A DNA stretch of 64,000 bases. Source: Candidatus Latescibacterota bacterium (GTDB lineage Bacteria; Latescibacterota; UBA2968). This document shows positions 31,696 through 42,907 of this stretch, piece after piece. Location of the stretch: NCBI GenBank assembly GCA_965204745.1, contig OZ242010.1, positions 1 to 64,000 of the forward strand, given 5' to 3'. Each line of letters starts with the position of its first letter. Position 1 is the stretch's first letter. A model generated the notes under the pieces. That model was not told where the DNA came from. It was given only the letters and a program-made list of their open reading frames with translations, and did no database searches. Both the position numbers and the translations under genes were made by a program.

Positions 31696-32931
31696 TTATT
31701 GCAATGAAGCCATCGGGCCGAGGGCGACTAGGGCGGGGTCCGTGTCGAGAGGATATTGGTCGAGGTACGAGGCGATGCGTTCTGGGGTGACGGCGTCAAT
31801 TTCTGCGCGTTCTTCGGCGAGGGTTTTGAGCGGGGTGCCCGTGCTCAGGTTGCCCACGATTTGCGAGAAGCGCGACAGGCCATTTTCGCCGCTGCATATC
31901 ATCCCGGTGGCCCGTTTGGTTTTGGCGCGTTGGAGCGCGTCTTTGTCGATGCCATTTTTGAGGTCCGCCATTTCCCGGCGCGCAATGTCGAGCACGCGAG
32001 ATGCGTTTTGCGGATCCACAGAGAGGTAGATGTAAAAAAGCCCGGCGTCGCTAAAGTCGATGTAGTCTGCCGAGGCTTCATCCGCGAGACCCTGTTGAAT
32101 GATGGACCAGTAGAGGCGGCTGTTGCTCGCCGCGCCCAAGTACACGGCGAGCAAATCGGCTGTGGGGGCGTGAGCATCGGCCGAGGGCGGTGCTGGAAAG
32201 GCGAGGGCGATGTGTTCGCGGGCCGCGTTTTCGCGTTGCACAATGCGGGTTGCGGGCTGGAAAATGGGCGTAGGTTGTTTGCGGGCCGCGGCGGATGGGT
32301 GCCAGTTGCCGCAATGGGTTTCGACTGCGCGGATGATCTCTTCGCGGTCAAACGCGCCTGTAATGACAAAGGTGAGGTTGTTCGCGCCGTAGCGGCGTTG
32401 GTGGTATTCTGCCATGCAATCCCGGCTGATGTCCCGCACCGTGTCCGTCGTGCCCAACACGCCTTGCCCCAAGGGGTGATCCCCAAAGGCTTCGCGGATG
32501 AGGTCATCCACAATCAGCGCGTCTGGCTGGTCGTGGTACATGGCAATTTCTTCGAGAATGACCTGTTTTTCCGTGGCGAACTCGTCTGCCGGCAAGTTGG
32601 CGCGCATCATGTCGCTGAGGATTTCAATGGCGTCTGTTGCGCGGTCGCGCTGCACCCAGTGAAAATACGCCGTGCCCTCCCACCACGTATAGGCGTTCCA
32701 CAACGCACCTAGGTCATCTACATCGAGGGCGAGTTGTCGCCAATCGCGCTTGGGCGTGCCCTTGAAGCACATGTGTTCGAGAAAATGCGAGATGCCCAAC
32801 AACTCGGGATCTTCGTCGCGCGAACCGGTTTGCACAAAAAACCCCACTGCCGCGGACCGGATGCGCGGGATGGTTTCAAAAACGAGTTTGAGACCGTTGT
32901 GCAAGGTTTGGGTTGAAAAAGGTGATGCCAT
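31696..32931 (-). CDS. M16 family peptidase
   Basis: GSRDE, GISHFLEHMCFKGT (inverted zincin), NAYT, EKQVILEEI. Confidence 0.93.
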   Translation of the reverse strand: MASPFSTQTLHNGLKLVFETIPRIRSAAVGFFVQTGSRDEDPELLGISHFLEHMCFKGTPKRDWRQLALDVDDLGALWNAYTWWEGTAYFHWVQRDRATDAIEILSDMMRANLPADEFATEKQVILEEIAMYHDQPDALIVDDLIREAFGDHPLGQGVLGTTDTVRDISRDCMAEYHQRRYGANNLTFVITGAFDREEIIRAVETHCGNWHPSAAARKQPTPIFQPATRIVQRENAAREHIALAFPAPPSADAHAPTADLLAVYLGAASNSRLYWSIIQQGLADEASADYIDFSDAGLFYIYLSVDPQNASRVLDIARREMADLKNGIDKDALQRAKTKRATGMICSGENGLSRFSQIVGNLSTGTPLKTLAEERAEIDAVTPERIASYLDQYPLDTDPALVALGPMASLQ

Positions 32932-33059
32932 GAAAAGCTCCTCGTGCGTTCTCGCCCAGGCGATCAGGATGGTCAAAAAATAAAAAGCAACGGCAATCGT
33001 ATTGCGCGGCGCGAAAAGTAAGGTGCGTTTGGCGGGTTGTCAACTCGTAGGATGGGCGA

Positions 33060-34304
33060 TCAGAATTGTCGAAAATAAAATTGCGTGCCCCATTTGTCGA
33101 GGTGTTCGGGCCAGAGGAGGCATCCGCCGCTGATGAGCGCGCCGCCCTCGTTGAGGTGATCGAGCACGGCGGCTCTCATGCTGCTGTCGCGGGGGGCCGT
33201 GGCGAGGTCGTGGACATAAGGCCCGAAGATGCGGTCGAGACCGCTGTGTTTCCCGCGCGAGTTGAGGGGAAAGAGGTAGCATTCGCGTTGAAAGCGCGGG
33301 ATGTTGGCGTTCTGGCCGAGCAATCGCCGGTAAGTGGGGTCGAGGAACCAAGAGGTACAACACACGGCTTTGAAGGGCCGGTCGGGAAAGTACTTGGGGA
33401 AAAACTCAGCGGCTTGGCGCAGGGAATCGCCGCAGGCTTCAAAGCCCATGGGGCCGTCTTCGGGGATGTGGATTTCGAGGATGGGATCGCCCTCGGCGAG
33501 GACGCAATCCCATTCGACGCGGGCAAGGCGAATGGCTCGGCGTTGGGCATGGCCGTTGGGGTGAATGGGGTTGCCGATGATGTGGGTGCGCGTTTCAGCG
33601 AGTTCGGATGTCCACGCCTGCGGGTCTTTTCGTTCGCCCGCGCCATTGTACTTGCCGTCTGTGCGAAAGGTCAATCCGGATTCGCACAGGAGCCGAATTT
33701 GCGCGGTGGCGCGATGGCGATAGGCGCGCATTTCTTGGCGATAAGGGCCGGTTTTGTATTGCAAGCGTCCTATGCGGTAGAGGTCCCCGTTGAGGTGGCC
33801 GAGTAGCCAGGGCAAGATGCGCGTGCATAATCCCCACGCGCCGGGTTGGCCCGGGTGGAAGAAGCGACCGTTTTTGAAGATGCCGATGTCGCGGTATTGC
33901 CGCGCCCAGATGTACGTGTCGCGGCAGGTTAGGCGGGTGATGCTGTCGGGGATGTTGCGCGATTGGTGGTACGTACGGAGTTGCGGGATGCCCGAGAGCA
34001 TGATGAGCAAGTAGAAGGCACCGCCGAAGTTGCCGAGTGCGGGCGTGAGGATGGGCCAGTCCCGGGCGTCCGCTCGTCGCGCGCTTTTGTCGATGAAGAG
34101 CACGCGATGGGCGTGCCATGCCCTGCGCGCGAGGTCCGGGTTTGCGGCAATGCGGTTGCCGGCCCGAATGGCAAAGTCTATGGCGTCGGGCGGCAGGTTC
34201 GCCCAGTCCCCAGTTTCGCGGATGGCTCGGGGTTGCAAAAAGGCAAGCGCGCCGGGAAATGTCGCGACTGATTTTTCCCAGTGGGTAGCGAGGTTTTTTG
34301 TCAT
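33060..34304 (-). CDS. Acyltransferase domain protein (DUF5596/GNAT-like)
   Basis: YRIGRLQY, LEIHIP..GP, CTSWFLDP, NIPRFQ. Confidence 0.75.
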   Translation of the reverse strand: MTKNLATHWEKSVATFPGALAFLQPRAIRETGDWANLPPDAIDFAIRAGNRIAANPDLARRAWHAHRVLFIDKSARRADARDWPILTPALGNFGGAFYLLIMLSGIPQLRTYHQSRNIPDSITRLTCRDTYIWARQYRDIGIFKNGRFFHPGQPGAWGLCTRILPWLLGHLNGDLYRIGRLQYKTGPYRQEMRAYRHRATAQIRLLCESGLTFRTDGKYNGAGERKDPQAWTSELAETRTHIIGNPIHPNGHAQRRAIRLARVEWDCVLAEGDPILEIHIPEDGPMGFEACGDSLRQAAEFFPKYFPDRPFKAVCCTSWFLDPTYRRLLGQNANIPRFQRECYLFPLNSRGKHSGLDRIFGPYVHDLATAPRDSSMRAAVLDHLNEGGALISGGCLLWPEHLDKWGTQFYFRQF

Positions 34305-34427
34305 GCGGATTTGGATATGAGATTGTCCTTGGAAATTATCCCCTCGCATGCTAATTTCTCAAAAATTGCTCCTCGTGTCAAAGTTATTTGACCGTCGGTT
34401 TTTGCCTTTCGCGTTGGGGAATCCCCC

Positions 34428-36170
34428 TTGGAACGTGTCCCACTTCGGCATTACGCCGCCCTCCTAATAAGGTATCTTCGCCCGCATTGGAAGCGCGTGG
34501 TTTGGTTGGGCGTTTTCATGGTCACGGGCATTGGCCTCAATCTGATCAATCCCCAAATCGTCCGATATTTTATCGACACGGCGCAGGCAGATGGGCCCGT
34601 GCAAAACCTCATCTGGGCTGGCGTTGCGTTTCTCGCCCTAGGCATCGTGCGGCAAGGCGTGCAAATCGCGAGTTCGTACCTCGGGCAAGACGTGGGCTGG
34701 CGCGCGACGAATCAGATGCGGAACAATTTGGCGCACCACTGCCTCAACTTGGACATGGGCTTTCACCATGAACACGCCCCGGGCGAGATGATCGAGCGCG
34801 TTGACGGGGATACGATGGCCCTGGCCAATTTCTTTTCGCAATTCGTCATTCAGGTGATCGGCAGTTCGTTTTTTTTGCTCGGGGTTCTCGCCTTGGTGTT
34901 CCGCGAGGACTGGCGCGTGGGCGCGGCCCTGACGGGTTTTTCGATGCTCGCCTTCGTCGTTTTTAATCTCACGCGCAATATTGCCGTGCCCATTTACACC
35001 CGCGAGCGCGAGCGTTATGCGCGCCTGTACGGGTTTATCGAAGAGCGATTGATCGGCATCGAGGATATTCGCACCAATGGCGCGGGCGAGTACACGCTGA
35101 ATCGGTTTTACGAGGTCAACCAAGGCGTGTTTGACCGGGTGAAGAAATCCGAGTTTATGAGCGAGGGGTTGCGCGCAATTACCGGCATCGTGTTCGCGCT
35201 GGGTTACGCGCTCGCCATGGGCATGGGGATCTGGCTTTACGAGGAGGGCACGTTCACCATAGGCGCGGTGTTTCTCGTGTTTCACTACACGTCGATGTTG
35301 CGCGAACCGCTTTTTCAAATCAGCCAGCAGATCAATGATTTGCAACGCGCCACAGCCGGGCTAAAACGCATCGAGGAGTTGCACCGCATTCAGACGCGGA
35401 TTCGGGATGGCCGGGAAAAATTGGCCGCGGGCAAGGCACTCGGCTTGGGGTTTGACCATGTGCATTTTGCGTACCATCCGGGGGACCCGGTGCTTCGGGA
35501 CGTTTCCTTCGCGCTGGCGCCGGGCAAGACCCTGGGCCTGTTGGGGCGCACGGGCAGCGGCAAGACCACGATGACGCGCTTGCTCTTTCGGCTTTACGAT
35601 GTTCAGCGCGGGCAGATTCGCATTGGGGATCAGAATATCCAGAATATCCGCTTGGCCGACCTGCGGCAACACGTGGGCATGGTGACGCAGGATGTGCAGG
35701 TTTTCAACGCGAGTGTGCGCGACAATCTCACGCTTTTTCGGCCGGGGGTGTCGGATGAAAAGATCATCGGCATTTTGGATGACTTGGGCTTGGGCGCGTG
35801 GTACGCGGCTTTGGCGGATGGGTTGGATACCGAACTCATGGCGAGCAGCTTGTCCGCAGGCGAGGCGCAGTTGCTGGCATTTGCCCGGGTATTTCTCAAG
35901 GACCCGGGCTTGGTCATTTTGGACGAACCCTCGTCGCGGCTCGACCCGGCGACCGAGCAGCAGATCAACCGCGCCGTGGAACGGTTGTTGCGAGACCGCA
36001 CGGGGATCATCATCGCCCATCGCTTGGATACGGTCGAGCGCGTGGACGATATTTTGATTTTGGACGCGGGACAGATTCGGGAATTTGGCCCGCGCGCTAC
36101 ACTTCTTGCGAACCCAAACTCGAGGTTTTCACACTTGCTCAACGCGGGCTTGGAGGAATGGATCGCATGA
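34428..36170 (+). CDS. ABC exporter, TMD+NBD subunit 1
   Basis: [24 protein letters not shown]. Confidence 0.93.
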   Translation: MERVPLRHYAALLIRYLRPHWKRVVWLGVFMVTGIGLNLINPQIVRYFIDTAQADGPVQNLIWAGVAFLALGIVRQGVQIASSYLGQDVGWRATNQMRNNLAHHCLNLDMGFHHEHAPGEMIERVDGDTMALANFFSQFVIQVIGSSFFLLGVLALVFREDWRVGAALTGFSMLAFVVFNLTRNIAVPIYTRERERYARLYGFIEERLIGIEDIRTNGAGEYTLNRFYEVNQGVFDRVKKSEFMSEGLRAITGIVFALGYALAMGMGIWLYEEGTFTIGAVFLVFHYTSMLREPLFQISQQINDLQRATAGLKRIEELHRIQTRIRDGREKLAAGKALGLGFDHVHFAYHPGDPVLRDVSFALAPGKTLGLLGRTGSGKTTMTRLLFRLYDVQRGQIRIGDQNIQNIRLADLRQHVGMVTQDVQVFNASVRDNLTLFRPGVSDEKIIGILDDLGLGAWYAALADGLDTELMASSLSAGEAQLLAFARVFLKDPGLVILDEPSSRLDPATEQQINRAVERLLRDRTGIIIAHRLDTVERVDDILILDAGQIREFGPRATLLANPNSRFSHLLNAGLEEWIA

Positions 36171-37918
36171 CGATGGGACAAACCACATGGCGGTTGCTCA
36201 AGTTCCGCCCGGCCCTGTTTTTTGCCACGGTCTTTTTTCGCGGGATCGACGATGTCGCGCCCTTTCTCGTGGGCGTGATTATGAAGGGGTTTTTCGACGC
36301 GCTCACGGGGCAAGCCGAGGCCGGGTTCACGGCTTGGACCCTGGTCGCGCTGTTTGTCGCGGTTGAGATCGGGGACCGCATCGCCCTGTTTGGCTCGGCT
36401 TTTACGTGGCCGCGCTGGTGGTACGCGATAGAGACCCTGTTGCGGAAAAATCTCCTGATGGCGATTCTCGAGGTGCGAGACCCGGGGAAGATCGCCACCG
36501 CGTCTGGTGAAGTGACCAATCGGTTTCGGGACGATGTGTTGGGCATTATTCACTATATGGATCGGTATATCCACATGTGGGGCAATCTCGTGTTTGCGGG
36601 GCTGGCGATTTCCTATATGGCGAAGATCGATCCCTATATCACGGTGATTACCATCGTCCCGGCGATCTGCGTGGTGATCGTGGTGGATTTTGCGCGCAAT
36701 TACATTCACAAGTACCGCACCGCGCAGCGCGTTGCCACAGAGCGGTCCACCAATTTTATCAATGAGATGTTTCAGTCGATCCTGGCGATTAAGGTCGCCA
36801 CCACGCAGGCGCACGTTATCTCGCGGTTTCGGGTGCTCAATGATGCGCGGCGCAAATCCACGCTGATCGACAACCTTTTTACCCAGATACTCAGTTCCAT
36901 CAATTTCAACCTCGGCCACATTGCCACGGGCGTCATTCTCATCCTCGTCGCGGAGAAGATGAAATCGGGCGCGTTCACCGTCGGGGATATGGCTCTGTTT
37001 GCCACGTACGTGGGGCAGGTCGCGCGCAGCGGTTCCCTGCTCGGCACGTTGTTGACGAATCACAAGCGGGCCGAGGTGTCGTATTTTCGCATGGCCTATA
37101 CGATTGAGGATATTCCCCGAGAGCGCGTTTCCCGGCACTCGGATGTGTATCTCGATGCAGAACCCGAGGCCCCGCGGTTGCCCGCACGCGCCGAAGTGGA
37201 CAAACTCGGGGAACTCCGGGTTTGCGACCTCGGGTACACGTACCCCAAGTCTGCCAACGGCATTCGCAATATCGACCTCGTGATTCCCGCGGGGTCGTTC
37301 ACGGTGATTACCGGACAAATCGGCTCTGGCAAGACCACGTTATTGCGTGCGCTGTTGGGGGTTCTGCCGGCTGCGAGTGGAGAGATTTATTGGAACGGTG
37401 AGCAGGTCGCGGATCCCAAAACCTTTTTCGCGCCGCCGCGCTGCGCTTATACGCCGCAGATTCCGCGGTTGTTCAGCGAGTCCTTGCGCGACAATATTCT
37501 GTTGGGCCTGCCCGATGATCCGCACGCGCTCGACCACGCGCTCTACAACGGGGTTTTAGAGGCGGATGTGCCCACCCTTGAAAATGGACTGGATACGGTT
37601 GTTGGCCCGCGTGGCGTGAAATTGTCTGGAGGACAGATTCAGCGCGCGGCGGCGGCCCGCATGTTTATCCGGGAGCCCGAGTTGTCGGTGTTCGACGATC
37701 TGTCTTCCGCACTCGATGTCGAGACCGAGCGCGTGCTTTGGCAGCGCGTTTTTGAACGCCGCCGCGCCACTTGTCTCGTGGTGTCGCATCGTCGCCCCGC
37801 TCTGCGCCGCGCCGATCAGATCGTCGTTCTCAAGAACGGTCGGGTCGATTGCATAGGCACGCTGGACGAGTTGCTCGAATCGAGCGCGGAGATGCGGCAG
37901 TTGTGGGATCGGGATTGA
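36167..37918 (+). CDS. ABC exporter, TMD+NBD subunit 2 (heterodimer partner)
   Basis: [13 protein letters not shown], degenerate Walker B VFDD, VSHR; ATGA overlap with the previous gene. Confidence 0.92.
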   Translation: MTMGQTTWRLLKFRPALFFATVFFRGIDDVAPFLVGVIMKGFFDALTGQAEAGFTAWTLVALFVAVEIGDRIALFGSAFTWPRWWYAIETLLRKNLLMAILEVRDPGKIATASGEVTNRFRDDVLGIIHYMDRYIHMWGNLVFAGLAISYMAKIDPYITVITIVPAICVVIVVDFARNYIHKYRTAQRVATERSTNFINEMFQSILAIKVATTQAHVISRFRVLNDARRKSTLIDNLFTQILSSINFNLGHIATGVILILVAEKMKSGAFTVGDMALFATYVGQVARSGSLLGTLLTNHKRAEVSYFRMAYTIEDIPRERVSRHSDVYLDAEPEAPRLPARAEVDKLGELRVCDLGYTYPKSANGIRNIDLVIPAGSFTVITGQIGSGKTTLLRALLGVLPAASGEIYWNGEQVADPKTFFAPPRCAYTPQIPRLFSESLRDNILLGLPDDPHALDHALYNGVLEADVPTLENGLDTVVGPRGVKLSGGQIQRAAAARMFIREPELSVFDDLSSALDVETERVLWQRVFERRRATCLVVSHRRPALRRADQIVVLKNGRVDCIGTLDELLESSAEMRQLWDRD

Positions 37919-37963
37919 GAGGCATATATCTTGTTTTGCGCTTTGGAATGCGTTAAGTTTTAG

Positions 37964-38430
37964 TAAGTCGTGTTGACATTTTATTTTTTTGACGTTGGGC
38001 ACAGATTAGCAACTGTGTTGCTTGCTCATTTAATGCGTTTGGTCCTACAGCATCGTTGGTTGCCTTCGATGCCTTCGGCGACCTACTTTTTTTTTACAGC
38101 AAAAAAAAGTAGGCGAGCGGGGTACAACTGCCCCAGCAGTTCAAAAATGCCGCTCTCAAACGCCGAGGGGCTTGCACAGCGCAAATCGCTTTTGTAACAG
38201 CACGACATGCGTCAGCCTGCAAAGTGGGTTGCATAATGGATGTTGGTTGCGAGACGGCCTTGCGCGCTGTGCGTGATGGCTTGATCGGAGGGGGTTTTGC
38301 GAGAGCCCTTGTTGTGATGCCCTATTTGAACTGCGGAACGTCAGGGCTTGATTTTCTCGATCAACTCCTTCACATAACGGAGAGAGGTTCTTCTCCCTTC
38401 CTCGTAGGAAAGGGGCCAGGGGGGTAGGTA
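37964..38430 (+). mobile_element. MITE-like family B copy followed by a family A hairpin
   Basis: Starts taagtcgtgttgacatt; inverted homolog of 21730-22180. Confidence 0.75.
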
Positions 38431-38523
38431 CCAATAAGACATGACCGAGCGGGATTGAATCCACCGAGTAGCGAAAGAACAAGCACGCGAGGGATTCAAT
38501 TATTTTCATAGGAGGAATACAGC

Positions 38524-38943
38524 ATGGCAACCACACTCGTCCACATTGGCGTGCGCGCTACGGATATTGAAAAGACCATTCGCTTCTGGCGAGATGGCTT
38601 GGGGTTGCGCCTCGTGCAGGTTCGGGATACGTGTTATGATCTCACGGATGGCTATCACAATTTCCGCGTTTTTCAGCACAATGGGCCTTCTCGCCCCGCG
38701 CATGTGAGCGGCATGTTGGATTATTTGCACGTCGGGGTCCGCGTTCCGGATTTGGAGGCCGCGGCGCAACGCTTGACCGAGATGGGCTACGAGATTTTTT
38801 CCGATGGTCTGGATGGCAAAGAGCCGCTGGCTCCGGACGATCTGGAGGAAGGTGCGTTTAAGGTGGAAGACCCCGATGGCATTACCGTGGATATTACCGC
38901 GAGCGATGATCAATGGCCGGGCACGGGCCTGACCGAGAAGTGA
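38524..38943 (+). CDS. VOC/glyoxalase family protein
   Basis: HIGVRATDIEKTIRFWRDGLG, HVGVRVPD, EDPDG. Confidence 0.88.
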   Translation: MATTLVHIGVRATDIEKTIRFWRDGLGLRLVQVRDTCYDLTDGYHNFRVFQHNGPSRPAHVSGMLDYLHVGVRVPDLEAAAQRLTEMGYEIFSDGLDGKEPLAPDDLEEGAFKVEDPDGITVDITASDDQWPGTGLTEK

Positions 38944-38951
38944 GTTGCATC

Positions 38952-39317
38952 ATGGCGCATCAACTTCGGCCCATTCGAGATGATGTTGATTACGAAAATG
39001 CAGTGGCAATCGCGGATCAACTCGCGGTGCTGAACGAGAGAACGCGGGATCAAGCGGACTATCTCGAAACGCTCTGCGAATTCATCGGCAAATACGATGA
39101 TCAGCAGTACGCATCGCCATTGGCTCATCTGTCTCCGGTGCAATCGCTCGCGTATCTTTTGGCGGAGAACGAAATGACCCTGCCTCAACTCGGCGAGATT
39201 TTAGGCGAACCCCTCTCGGTGGTGCAACGAGTTCTCGCTGGCGAGCGCGCGTTGAGCGAAACGCATATTTGCACATTGGCACGACATTTCAAGGTGGAGC
39301 CGGATCTGTTTGATTAA
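38952..39317 (+). CDS. HigA-like HTH antitoxin, orphan
   Basis: PIRDDVDY, YLETL..FIGKYD, HTH ending VLAGERALSETHI..LARHFKV. Confidence 0.8.
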   Translation: MAHQLRPIRDDVDYENAVAIADQLAVLNERTRDQADYLETLCEFIGKYDDQQYASPLAHLSPVQSLAYLLAENEMTLPQLGEILGEPLSVVQRVLAGERALSETHICTLARHFKVEPDLFD

Positions 39318-39329
39318 AAGGAGTTTTTC

Positions 39330-40097
39330 ATGAACATCAACTTGGATGGCAAGGTCGCGCTTATTTCCGGGGCGTCTCGGGGGATTGGTCGGGGGATCGC
39401 GCTTCAGATGGGCAAGTCGGGCGCGAAGGTCGCGGTGAATTATCGCACGCATGGAGACGAGGCCGAGGCGGTTGTGGATGAGATTCGCCAAGCGGGGTCT
39501 GACGCCTTCGCGTATCGGGCGGATGTCGCGTATCGGGCGGCCGTGGATGCGATGGTCAATGCGACAGTTGAGCAATTTGGGCGTTTGGATATCGCGGTTG
39601 CCAATGCGTATTACAGCAAGCGCGAGCCTTTTCTCGATCTCGCATTAGATGCCGCGCAGCGCACGCTTGAGGTCACGTTTTGGGGGGCGTTTCACCTGGC
39701 GCAGGCCGGCGCGCGTCAGATGGTTGAGCAGGGTGACGGAGGCGCGATTCTCTTTATCAGTTCTGTTTTGGCTTGGATACCCCTGCCAGCTTCGTTGCCC
39801 TACAACGCGGCCAAAGCCGGGATCGATCAGATGTCGGCCACCATCGCCAATGAACTGACCGAGCATCGCATTCGCTCAAATGTTATCGCGCCCGGGTACA
39901 CGGATACGCCAGGGGAACGGCAATACGCGACCGAAGCGCAAATCCGCGAGGCCGCGACTGCCCTGCCGTGGAAGCGACTGGGCACGGCCGAAGATATTGC
40001 CCATGCCGCCACATTTCTCTGTTCCGATGCGGCGGACTATATCACGGGCACGGTTTTGAGCGTGGATGGGGGATATTGGTTGAAGGTAGGGAGATGA
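39330..40097 (+). CDS. SDR family oxidoreductase
   Basis: SGASRGIG, VANA, YNAAK, PG.TDT, DYITG..L.VDGG. Confidence 0.93.
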   Translation: MNINLDGKVALISGASRGIGRGIALQMGKSGAKVAVNYRTHGDEAEAVVDEIRQAGSDAFAYRADVAYRAAVDAMVNATVEQFGRLDIAVANAYYSKREPFLDLALDAAQRTLEVTFWGAFHLAQAGARQMVEQGDGGAILFISSVLAWIPLPASLPYNAAKAGIDQMSATIANELTEHRIRSNVIAPGYTDTPGERQYATEAQIREAATALPWKRLGTAEDIAHAATFLCSDAADYITGTVLSVDGGYWLKVGR

Positions 40098-40164
40098 GTG
40101 AGAGGTGAGAGGCAAGAGGTGAGAGGCAAGAGGTGAGAGGCAAGAGGTAAGAGGCAAGAGGCAA
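40097..40164. repeat. Heptamer tract (gaggcaa/gaggtga)n
   Basis: About 9 imperfect copies; reverse-complement tract at 57931-57989. Confidence 0.85.
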
Positions 40165-40201
40165 AGGGATGAATGAGGAACAGACATTCCGTACGGATCA
40201 T

Positions 40202-40466
40202 GTGTTGCTCGTCTCAAGCGTTTGGTCCTACAGCCTCGTTGGTTGCCTCCGATGCCTTCGGCGACCTACTTTTTTTCAGCAGCAAAAAAAAGTAAGCGAG
40301 CGGGGTACAACTGCCCCAGCAGTTCAAAAATGCCGCTCTCAAACGCCGAGGGGCTTGCACAGCGCAAATCGCTTGTGTAGCAGGACGACATGCGTTGGCC
40401 TGCAAAGTGGGTTGCATAATGGATGTTGGTTGCGAGACGGCCTTGCGCGCTGTGCGTGATGGCTTT
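40202..40466 (+). mobile_element. MITE-like family B copy, truncated
   Basis: Near-identical to ~38035-38282. Confidence 0.75.
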
Positions 40467-40607
40467 AGCGGATGGGCTTTTGCGATGGCCTGGGGGCAAG
40501 GGCTTCGCTGAATGACTGTGGAACGTCAAGGGGTTCGCTCGTTGTCCGCATACCGCATCACATTAGGACAACAGAAATTCAATTTGGTATGACAAAGGAG
40601 ATGACCC

Positions 40608-41933
40608 ATGCCTACGGACCTGTCTGAACACATCGCGCAAACCGCTTTGTGCGATACGCACGAGCATCTGCGGCGAGAACGGGATTGGACCGATGAGGGG
40701 CCGGATATTTTGCAGGACCTGTTTGGCAATTACGTGCCCGCGGATCTGATTGCGGCCGGGGCGTCGCCGCAGGCCCTGAGACGCCTTACCGATGCCTCTG
40801 ACCCGGATTTGGTCGGGCGGTTGCAAGGGATAAGGGCAGCGTGGGAGGCCACGCAATACACGGGATACGGCGAGGCGGTGCGACGCATGGTCACGGATGT
40901 GTACGGGTTTGACGAGTTCACGCCGGATGTGCTCGCGCCCGCGCAGGAAAAGTTGAGGGCATTTCGCAAGCCCGGGGGACGGTACGAGTTGTTGCGCGAG
41001 GTCGCCAATCTCGATCACGTTCAAACCGATGATTTTTCTTGGCCGTGCCCGCCGGACGAATCCGGCCCGGCGTTCTTTTTGTACGACCTGTCGTGGGCGG
41101 GGTTTTGCAACGGGCAGATCGATCAAAAAGCCATTGCCGAAGACACGGGCATCGCGGTCGTGGATCTCGATTCGCTGCAAAAAGCAATGGCGGCCATTTT
41201 TGAAAAACACGCGCCTTATGCGATTGCGGTGAAGGCCCAACACGCGTACAACCGCACCTTGAAGTGGCAGGCGCGTGCGCGGGGGGATGCAGAACGCGCC
41301 TTGTACGCCGCCCTCGCGTCCAACAACGAGGTTTCCGAATCGCTGCGGTTGTGCCTCGGCGACTGGTGCTGGGCACGCGGCGTGGAACTCGCGATAGAAC
41401 ACAATTTGCCCTTCAAACTCCACACGGGCTATTACGCCGGCAACAACCGCATGCCGGTGGATCGCATCAAAGCGGGCAATCTGTGCGGGCTTTTGGCCCA
41501 ATACCTCGACGCGCGGTTCGTGCTGATGCACATTGCCTATCCGTACAGCGATGAGCTCATCGCATTGACCAAGCACTACAAAAATGTCTGGGCAGATCTG
41601 TGTTGGGCGTGGTCAATTAACCCTTACGCTTCGGGCGATTTTGTGCGCCGCTTTATCCACGCCGCGCCCATCAACAAGCTCTTTGTGTTTGGCGGGGATA
41701 CGCGCTGGCCCACCAGTGCCGCGGCCTACGCATTTCAAACGCGCTTCTGGCTCACCAAGACCCTCGAGGCCGAGGTCGCTGAAGGCTATCTCACCGAATC
41801 CCAGGCCATGCACGTTGCGTCCTGTATGATGCGCGACAATCAGTACGCATGCTTTGACCTCGAAGGCACGCGCAACGCGATTAAAGCATCCACAGATACC
41901 GGTGGGGATACGGCCCCTGTGCCCGTCCAATGA
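40608..41933 (+). CDS. Amidohydrolase family protein
   Basis: DTHEH, KLHTG, LMHIAYP, DLCW, FGGD. Confidence 0.88.
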   Translation: MPTDLSEHIAQTALCDTHEHLRRERDWTDEGPDILQDLFGNYVPADLIAAGASPQALRRLTDASDPDLVGRLQGIRAAWEATQYTGYGEAVRRMVTDVYGFDEFTPDVLAPAQEKLRAFRKPGGRYELLREVANLDHVQTDDFSWPCPPDESGPAFFLYDLSWAGFCNGQIDQKAIAEDTGIAVVDLDSLQKAMAAIFEKHAPYAIAVKAQHAYNRTLKWQARARGDAERALYAALASNNEVSESLRLCLGDWCWARGVELAIEHNLPFKLHTGYYAGNNRMPVDRIKAGNLCGLLAQYLDARFVLMHIAYPYSDELIALTKHYKNVWADLCWAWSINPYASGDFVRRFIHAAPINKLFVFGGDTRWPTSAAAYAFQTRFWLTKTLEAEVAEGYLTESQAMHVASCMMRDNQYACFDLEGTRNAIKASTDTGGDTAPVPVQ

Positions 41934-41986
41934 GGCAGATGCGGACGACTAATCAAACTGAGATAAAAGCCCACAGAAAGCCCACA

Positions 41987-42907
41987 ATGCCCCCAATAGT
42001 CATTTCCACCTGGCGATTTGGCCTCGCTGCCAATCAACCCGCATGGGACATTTTGAAAAGCGGTGGTTCCGCGCTCGACGCGGTCATTCAAGGGGTTGAA
42101 GTGGTCGAGCGCGATCCGAGGGTTCGGAGCGTTGGATACGGCGGTTATCCCAATGCCGCGGGCGAGGTCGAAGTCGATGCGGCGGTGGTCGATGGGCGCA
42201 CGCTCGGGTATGGCGCAGTGGCGGGATTGAAGCGTATTGCCACGCCCACAGCGGTGGCGCGACGGGTGATGGAGAAGACCGATCACGTATTTCTCGTGGG
42301 CGAGGGCGCGTTGCAATTTGCGCGCACACAGGGTTTTGAGGAATGCGAGATGCTGACGGCGCACGGACGAAAAGCCTGGGAAGCATGGAAAAGAGCCACA
42401 AAAGGCACAAAAGGGGTACAACTGGCGCACGGAAGAGGGCAGGCAGAGGCCCCGGCAGATGTTCACGATACCATTGGCATGATCGCGCTCGACCAACGCG
42501 GCGATCTCGCGGCGGCGTGTACCACCAGCGGCGCGGCCTTCAAGTTGCCCGGGCGCGTGGGGGATTCGCCGCTGATCGGGTCGGGCCTATACGCGGATAA
42601 TGACGCAGGCGCGGCAGTGGCCACGGGACGCGGCGAGGAGATCGTCCGCACCTGCGGGTCGTATGCTATCGTGGAACACATGCGACAAGGCAAGTCGGCC
42701 CAACGAGCGTGTGAGGCGGTCGTCCAACAACTCGTTGCGCGCGTGCCCGCGGCACAACCCCACCAAATGGCTTATATCGCGCTTGACAAGCGCGGCAACT
42801 GGGGTGCTGCGGCAGCCCGTTCTGGTTTTTTTGCGGCTGTGACGAACAACGCGGAAAATCACCTTTGCGAAAGCCGATATTTTTTTGATCGCGGCGGGAT
42901 TGTCTGA
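41987..42907 (+). CDS. Type 2 asparaginase / glycosylasparaginase (Ntn hydrolase)
   Basis: SVGYGGYP, HD|TIG autoprocessing site, TTSG, GRVGDSP, TGRGE. Confidence 0.92.
   Translation: MPPIVISTWRFGLAANQPAWDILKSGGSALDAVIQGVEVVERDPRVRSVGYGGYPNAAGEVEVDAAVVDGRTLGYGAVAGLKRIATPTAVARRVMEKTDHVFLVGEGALQFARTQGFEECEMLTAHGRKAWEAWKRATKGTKGVQLAHGRGQAEAPADVHDTIGMIALDQRGDLAAACTTSGAAFKLPGRVGDSPLIGSGLYADNDAGAAVATGRGEEIVRTCGSYAIVEHMRQGKSAQRACEAVVQQLVARVPAAQPHQMAYIALDKRGNWGAAAARSGFFAAVTNNAENHLCESRYFFDRGGIV

Noticed and set aside
35630-37318. Long antisense ORFs (562 aa here; also 22211-23338, 40563-41576, 46048-47004)
   Set aside because: Shadows of well-supported genes on the opposite strand in GC-rich DNA; no motifs
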